From the human T2T-CHM13v2.0 reference genome, Homo sapiens, in assembly GCF_009914755.1 (NCBI RefSeq), contig NC_060928.1: DNA of 64,000 nucleotides; one strand, 5' to 3'. Shown in pieces: positions 57,226 to 64,000 of this stretch; positions within the stretch are counted from its first letter, which is position 1; each line of letters begins with the position of its first letter. Position numbers and translations under genes: made by a program. The notes under the pieces were generated by a model. The model had not been told where the DNA came from and made no database searches. It saw only the letters and a list, made by a program, of their open reading frames with translations.

Positions 57226-58894
57226 CTGGCCTAGGAAGATGGGCAGCTCCTCATTCACCCAGATGACTGGATCTTGCTTATGAACACGGCCAACAACATA
57301 AGGCAGCTCTCTGAAATATATGTTAGAGCCTCAATCTTTCCACTGCTATACAATCTAGGAACTTAGGCACCTTTCCAGAAAACAACACCTCATCTAAGAG
57401 GTGTCTCCTGAGAGCTACTCTTGGAAGCACCGAAGTCCTTTTCACAAAGACTGCAAGGTCCTTGAAAAGATACACTGTGTAACTTCAGTGTACAATGAGC
57501 AGCTGGGAGTGTTTTGGGCGAAGTTGGTATAAAAGGGTGCCTTTAATACAATATTTAGGTAGGTTGACCTGACTGCCTAATTTATATGACGAAATATTAA
57601 AGCCCTGGGTACTGTGAGGATTTCCTAGTACTAAAGTTTGTCCTTATGTTTCCATCTTTCTCAGTATTGAGATTACAAATCTTGGAACACCAGTTCTGAG
57701 GGAGCTTGGTAGTCTTCCCTTCAACAAAGGCTTTAAGACACAGGACATATGCCTTGTTTTCTCAAGTCTCATTTCAGAAGATTCTTCCCACTGCAAACAC
57801 CAATGCTATTTTTTTTCCCTCCTGACCTTTGTCAACTGTGTTGCTGTACTGCATTTGGAAGTATTACAATGGTCATTACCTGCCCTGTTTATTCAGTGTT
57901 AAGTATTAACAAGGCCTGTGCTATCTCAGCTGCTGTCATATTTCTCCAGGAAAGAAATGCCTATGTAAATGTCCTAATGCAAACAAAAGACTCTTTTTCT
58001 AGGTGGGGGTGGCAGAAGACTTGGAGACAATTGAAAAGATGGAAGAAAACAGTAGATATTTTAAAAGAACAGTTTTCAGAAATATATGAAATAATTGCAC
58101 CATGAAATCTAATTTGAGGCTGATTTTTTTTTTTTGTTTGTGCATTTGGTCAGTTCTGGCCTGGTATTTGCTCATATTGAGGCTATAAAGCACATATTTC
58201 TGGATTTATTTATAATGACTTCAAATAGTTTGATATTGAGCAAAAGTGTATAAATATATTACAGAATAAAGAGAAAAAGTAACCCTTGGCATCAAACTCT
58301 CTTTGTTTAGGGTTTACATGTTTGGTTTCTTGTGTGGAACAGCTATGTCAGAGTGGGTGGGATCCTGTTTCTGAGGGAATGGAAGAGTGCTGACAATATT
58401 TTCTTGAGCACAAAGAAGGGTGAAGAGTCTTATTAAAACTCCTACCAGATACTGCTTGTTGGACAGTGAAATTGCAAAACTTGCAAAGAGGAGGGCCAAA
58501 CACCATGCAGAACAGATCAAATACAAATTAAAAAATTGACTTGGGGAAGAAAAATCTTTCACTAGAGTCAGCTTTTCTGTAGAAATTGGCCCGTTCTCAT
58601 AAATTTACCTAAGTTTGTGCTTGGGTCAGATGACAAAGCAAAATTCCATCCTCTGATAGTTGCAAAAAACTGCCAGTGAAACAAACTGAAGCCAAATACA
58701 TACTTCCTAGATGACATCCGATCCAGAGAAACAAAGGTGTAGGTCACTTTTTCATTTTTAAAGTACCCAAGGAGTTACAGAGAGATGAAAATAGACAATA
58801 CGTGGAGAAAAGAAGACTGCTTCTCTTCTGTAGCTATAGCCATATGAAATAAAACAACTGTACCTGCTGGGACTTACAAATATGTGTGTTATTT

Positions 58895-59780
58895 AGGAGA
58901 ACGGGCTCTGGAGTTACACTTGCAAGCTCTGAATCCCAGTTTAACCATTCCATTACTGTGTGAGCTTAGATAAGTTACTTAACTATTTTTAATTTTCTAC
59001 CTTTTAGAAGTGAGTATGGACTACTTAAGCAATAGAAATTAACTAGGGCTGGAAAAAAAGAATGATTTGCTGGAAGTACTTCAGCAGCATAACCTTTATG
59101 TAAGAACAAATATCATAATTTATTGAGGGCCTACCTAATGTGTGCCAGGCATTTTGGATACACTATTCTAATCTTTATACATCCCTGCAAGGTTAATACT
59201 ATTATTCCCAATTTATAAGGTTCAAAGTAGCTAAGTAATTAGATCTACGTCTTGAAGCTGAAAAGTGGCAAAAATATCTACCCATATTCCTTACCTAATT
59301 TTTTTTTCTCATTTTTAAAACAATGACCCAAGAATTTCTCTTCCCTCTCTGATTCCTTTTTCTCCAATCCTACTCAGGTCATAACTGCATTGGGAATCTC
59401 ATTTCTTTCTTCTTTCTCCTCTTTATCCAGTTTAACGTTCCTGAATCCACTCACCAACCTCCCTTCTTCCTCCGCTTCCTGGTGCCACTGATCCCAATCC
59501 TTCCTCCAGTTTTGTTTGGCTTAAGTCCTGTCCTGAATCCCACTGCCCCATCAGGTCCACCCCACTCCATCAGCACTGTCATCATAATGAGAGCAAATAC
59601 CTATTAGCACTTTTCTACGTGTCAGGTGCCTTATGAGATGGATACCATTATTATCCCCATTTTAGAGATATGGGAACTGGGACACCAAAAGGTAACATAG
59701 CCTACCAGGACACAGAAGTAGCAGAGATGGAGTGCTAACCTCAACAGTCTGGCTCCAGAGTTCTTGGTCCAGCCCTACTC
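58895..59780. mobile_element. Cluster of three MIR fragments (about 58900-59020 +, 59110-59280 -, 59585-59780 -)
   Basis: gggctctggagtta...aagttacttaac; tgtgccaggcatt...attattcccca; ttatccccattttagagat. Confidence 0.65.
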
Positions 59781-60649
59781 TAGACGGTGCCACAGCCCTG
59801 GAGGGACCCAAGGGAAGTTGCAAATTCCAGCAAGTGAGTGTGAGCATGAGAGAGGAGGACCTGTTTCAAATAGGGGTAAATACATTCTATGATGTGTGAA
59901 ACCAAATTGCTTCCCTTTTGTTGTAAATAACATGTAAATGTATACTTTTAAAATCACTATGGGTAAAATGTTTTTTTAGTGGGTTAGCCTAGGAACACTG
60001 TTTTTATGGGAACATAAATTCTGAGTTACCCCCAAAAAACTATTGGAACAGCCTGTTCATAAATTGAAGACTTCCTTTATTTCTGTTTGGGGTAAAGTTA
60101 AAGTAAGGGAAATCGGAAAAAGGAGGAAAGTAAGACTTCTCATTATTTGTAGATACAATTCCTGCACAGTAGAATGCAATCTGGATAATACGTCCCAACT
60201 TTCTAAGTGTGCTAAAAATAAATGTAAATGGTTCATTAGAGCTAATCTGGCAGCCAAAAGTGAATATTAATAACATGGAAGATCAATAAGATGCCCAGCA
60301 AAGAACAATGTATTAACTTGGTTCTAGAAATAGCAAAATGTGTGTAGGCCAGACAAGAAGCAATGGGACAGGAGGCACAGTCAGAAGAAAAATTCATCTC
60401 TTCTTTATAAGATTCAAGGAATTGAGAATAGACAAAATATGCCCATCTCTTTTTCCCTCTGCCCACTAAATAAGCAGTTTAATCAATTTTTACCTTTCCT
60501 TCCTTGTCTTCATCTGTCACTACTAACTCAATAGAAGAATGTATAACCCTAGTTCAAATACAGGTCAAGATGGCTATTATAAATATTATGAGCTTATGCT
60601 GTGACTTTCTCTCTCAGTTCTTATGTTGTATACTCTATTCAAGTAAGGG

Positions 60650-60890
60650 ACAGCACAGAGTAGCTTTTACCCGAAGCATATTCAGTGAAGAAAGGGGTTC
60701 CATGGTCAAATAAATCTGAGAAATGCTGCATAATAATCCCCCTTTTAAGATATTGAAGGCTCTGAGACATCTTGCAGGAAAGACACCTGTATAATATATG
60801 GAACCCAGGTTTTCCCAAGCCTTTTGACCATATAATCCTTTTTACCTAACCCCTATTCACATCTTTGTGCAGAATGATACTGAGAACTCT
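60650..60890. mobile_element. hAT-Charlie (Charlie4-like) remnant
   Basis: aaggggttccatggtcaaataaatctgagaaatgctg and inverted gtttcccaagccttttgaccatataatccttttt. Confidence 0.5.
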
Positions 60891-61724
60891 GAACCAGGAA
60901 GAGAGCAAATCAAGTTCCTATCTTATTTTCCTGTGTGATTTAGAGAAGTTGCCTAGCTTCCCTGGACTTCAATTTCCTGAGAGATGGACCACATAATAGC
61001 TAGACGTTCTGTCCAGTCATGCAGCTCTAAGGGTATTTTCAACCCATGTGCTTCCATGGCCATCATCAATGCGCATGGAAGCTGAGGTCTGTGGATACAC
61101 TCTTGGCGAGTGAGCATGTGCCCTCCTGCTAAGCCCACCTCAGAAGCGACTTCCATCACCCAGGAGCAGCCCAGACAATGGATCTTTTACACATCTTCAC
61201 ATTCAGTCCTTTATGCCCAAGCGAAGTACTCACATTGCAAAGGCTATTTGTCAGGGGGATATGTGGAGGGAGGAAATTTGCAGAGAATTGTTAAAACAAG
61301 CTTATATTTGTTCTTTCAAATATTTGCTGGCATTCAGACATGGCTTTTAAAAAAGTTTCTTGTGCTTTTTCATTTAAATATGCAAGTTTAATAAACATAA
61401 TTCACCCAAAACAGAGAAATGAAGCAAATTCTTACAACTGATTCTTTAGGTCTACACTCTTAGGCCACATTCTAAGATGTTTTCACTTGAAATGCTGTTA
61501 ATTCTGACATTTTAACTTTTTCTTTTGGAAAAATTATCATAAGCCAAAGGATTGTCCCTAATATTGAAAATATATTACTGTCACACAGTTTCACCAAATT
61601 ATTCACCTTTTACTTTTATTTACATATTACTCTCCTTTAAAACAGTGTGGAAAGTACTACCTCTCTACAAGTTGAAACTGACTTTTTACTTTCTTGTTTT
61701 TATAGCAAGAGCATATTAATGATA

Positions 61725-62335
<611 letters not shown>

Positions 62336-62570
62336 TCTTGCTTAAATTTGTAAAACAATAGAACCACCACCAAAAAATATATATAAATAGCTGAGGAAGA
62401 AATACAATTTGGAGTTACATGAAGCCCATAATATAACTAAAGAAAAGGGAGTATCTAACCTCTTGGTTCCACTTAGATCAAAGGAGAAAGGCCTGACTTA
62501 CACTATGAAAAACACTGGTTAGAGACGTGAAAACATATCTTCTCTGTTCAATGCCATGAGATTGGCTCAC

Positions 62571-62602
62571 CTGAGTAGGCTGCAGAATCTTCTTCCCAAA
62601 TG
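62571..62602 (-). other. Candidate 32-nt microexon
   Basis: Minus strand ttctctcacttttgttattaag|CATTTGGGAAGAAGATTCTGCAGCCTACTCAG|gtgagc. Confidence 0.5.
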
Positions 62603-62769
62603 CTTAATAACAAAAGTGAGAGAACCATCCAAAATATTCTGAAAAAAATCTCACAGAAGTTAGGATGGGCTAAATTAACCATCCTCAACCCCATTACTCT
62701 TTCCTAAGAGTACTCTATGGCTATGTTTCCAAATTATTCAAAACATGTTCCCTAATGTGTTAATGGGGG

Positions 62770-63170
62770 AGAGTGAGGAAGCAGAGACAGATTAAAAAGA
62801 CTCAAGAGATATAACAACCAATGTAATGTGTGGACTTTGTCGGGATCCTGATTGACACAAACCTACTTGGAAAAGGCTGTTTTGGGACAATTGAGTTAAT
62901 CTGATTATGGGTTAGGTATTAGATGATACTAATATTGTTAGGCTTGATAATAGCATCATTGTTATATGAGAACTCTCCATTTTTCTGAGAAATAACCTAA
63001 AGTAAATAAGGGTGAAATGACACATCTGAGATTTTTACTTTGACAAAAAAGAGGGAGACGACAGATGAACTGAGTATGACAAAATCTTGGTACTCAGTGT
63101 ATCTGAGTAATGGTATATGAAGGGTCATTCTCTTTGTTTTTGCATATATTTGACAATTTTCATGATAGAG
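62770..63170 (+). mobile_element. L1MC4-like 3' end
   Basis: agactcaagagatataacaaccaatgtaatgtgtggactttg...tttgggacaattg...tattagatgata...tttgacaattttcatgata. Confidence 0.75.
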
Positions 63171-63269
63171 TATCTTGATAAAGAATATGGAAAGATTTCT
63201 GTCCTGATGAAAATAATTATGATAGATAAAATTATTTAAAAACCTGCTAGAGAAATGCCAGATACACAC

Positions 63270-63297
63270 CTGGGTACACAGTTCACTTCCCCTAGGA
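63270..63297 (-). other. Candidate 28-nt microexon (alternative AG gives 22 nt)
   Basis: Minus strand ctcttccctttatttcttattctttttcctggcctcag|TCCTAGGGGAAGTGAACTGTGTACCCAG|gtgtgt. Confidence 0.45.
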
Positions 63298-63904
63298 CTG
63301 AGGCCAGGAAAAAGAATAAGAAATAAAGGGAAGAGCATAGGGCAACCTGGACCAGAGACAGACAGGAAGACAAGAGAAACACAGCCACGGTGCCAACATT
63401 GTTTCAGGAAGATTTTACAACACCAGCTGTCAGCTCTAGATATACTGTTGCCACTTTCGACTTCATCTAGAAGTGTCCTTCTACCCAATGCTCTCAACCG
63501 CGATTGAAAAATACTACATAAAATGAGTCTCGGATCTCTGCCCACCTTATGTGTTTTGGCGTTTAAAAACCTCTCCCATGGATTGGCTCTCAGTCCTTAG
63601 GGGTACGTGGTTTCATTACTGAGGTATGCCTGTGTGCAGGAATGTGTGAGTTTGTGTGCATGGGCAGCTCCTCCCTGATCACTGTGGCTATGTCATAATG
63701 CACATCCTTGTCTTTTACTCATTGGGTTATACCTAACAGCCAAATTTGTTTGTTATTCCAGGTGTGCTTAACATACGTCGATCTTCAAGACAACTAATAT
63801 CCCTTAATGATTAGGAACCTCGATTTTTTTTTCCAAGAAAATAACCATATAACTAAATCATTAAACTTCCCTTAAGTGCCTTATTAGAGGCTCATCAAAA
63901 CATA

Positions 63905-64000
63905 TATATATGTGTGTGTGTGTCTGTGTGCATATACACATATATACATTTTTAAATTTTTATTTTACTTACTTATATATATTTTTGAGACGGAATCTCA
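63905..64000 (-). mobile_element. TA/TG repeat and tail end of an antisense Alu cut by the window edge
   Basis: ttttgagacggaatctca at the window end. Confidence 0.75.

Noticed and set aside
62997-63545. 182-aa minus-strand ORF
   Set aside because: GTG start, reads through a polypyrimidine tract into an L1MC remnant, and has no recognisable domain

Overview
This is human (primate) nuclear DNA, not prokaryotic. It is AT-rich, CpG-depleted and roughly half interspersed repeats: about 20 Alu/FLAM/FRAM elements including a consensus-perfect, human-specific AluYb8, L1s of several ages, L2, MIR, MaLR/MLT2 LTRs, and hAT and Tigger DNA transposons. I can support no host protein-coding ORF. The only long ORF (27895-28752) is L1 ORF2 reverse transcriptase, and the rest of the ORF track is repeat-derived or chance. 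The unique sequence carries several good minus-strand splice-site pairs (28-, 32- and 30-nt candidate microexons, plus weaker longer candidates), suggesting the window lies inside a large minus-strand transcription unit that I cannot name. There are also motif-rich candidate regulatory segments. The best second-look items are the frame-compatible microexon chain, a tail-less and TSD-less young L1 fragment, the AluYb8, and an L1 with a triplicated target site containing an Alu-derived filler. I see no evidence of a wholly new biological system. Repeat subfamily calls come from recalled consensus sequences, and most repeat boundaries are approximate.
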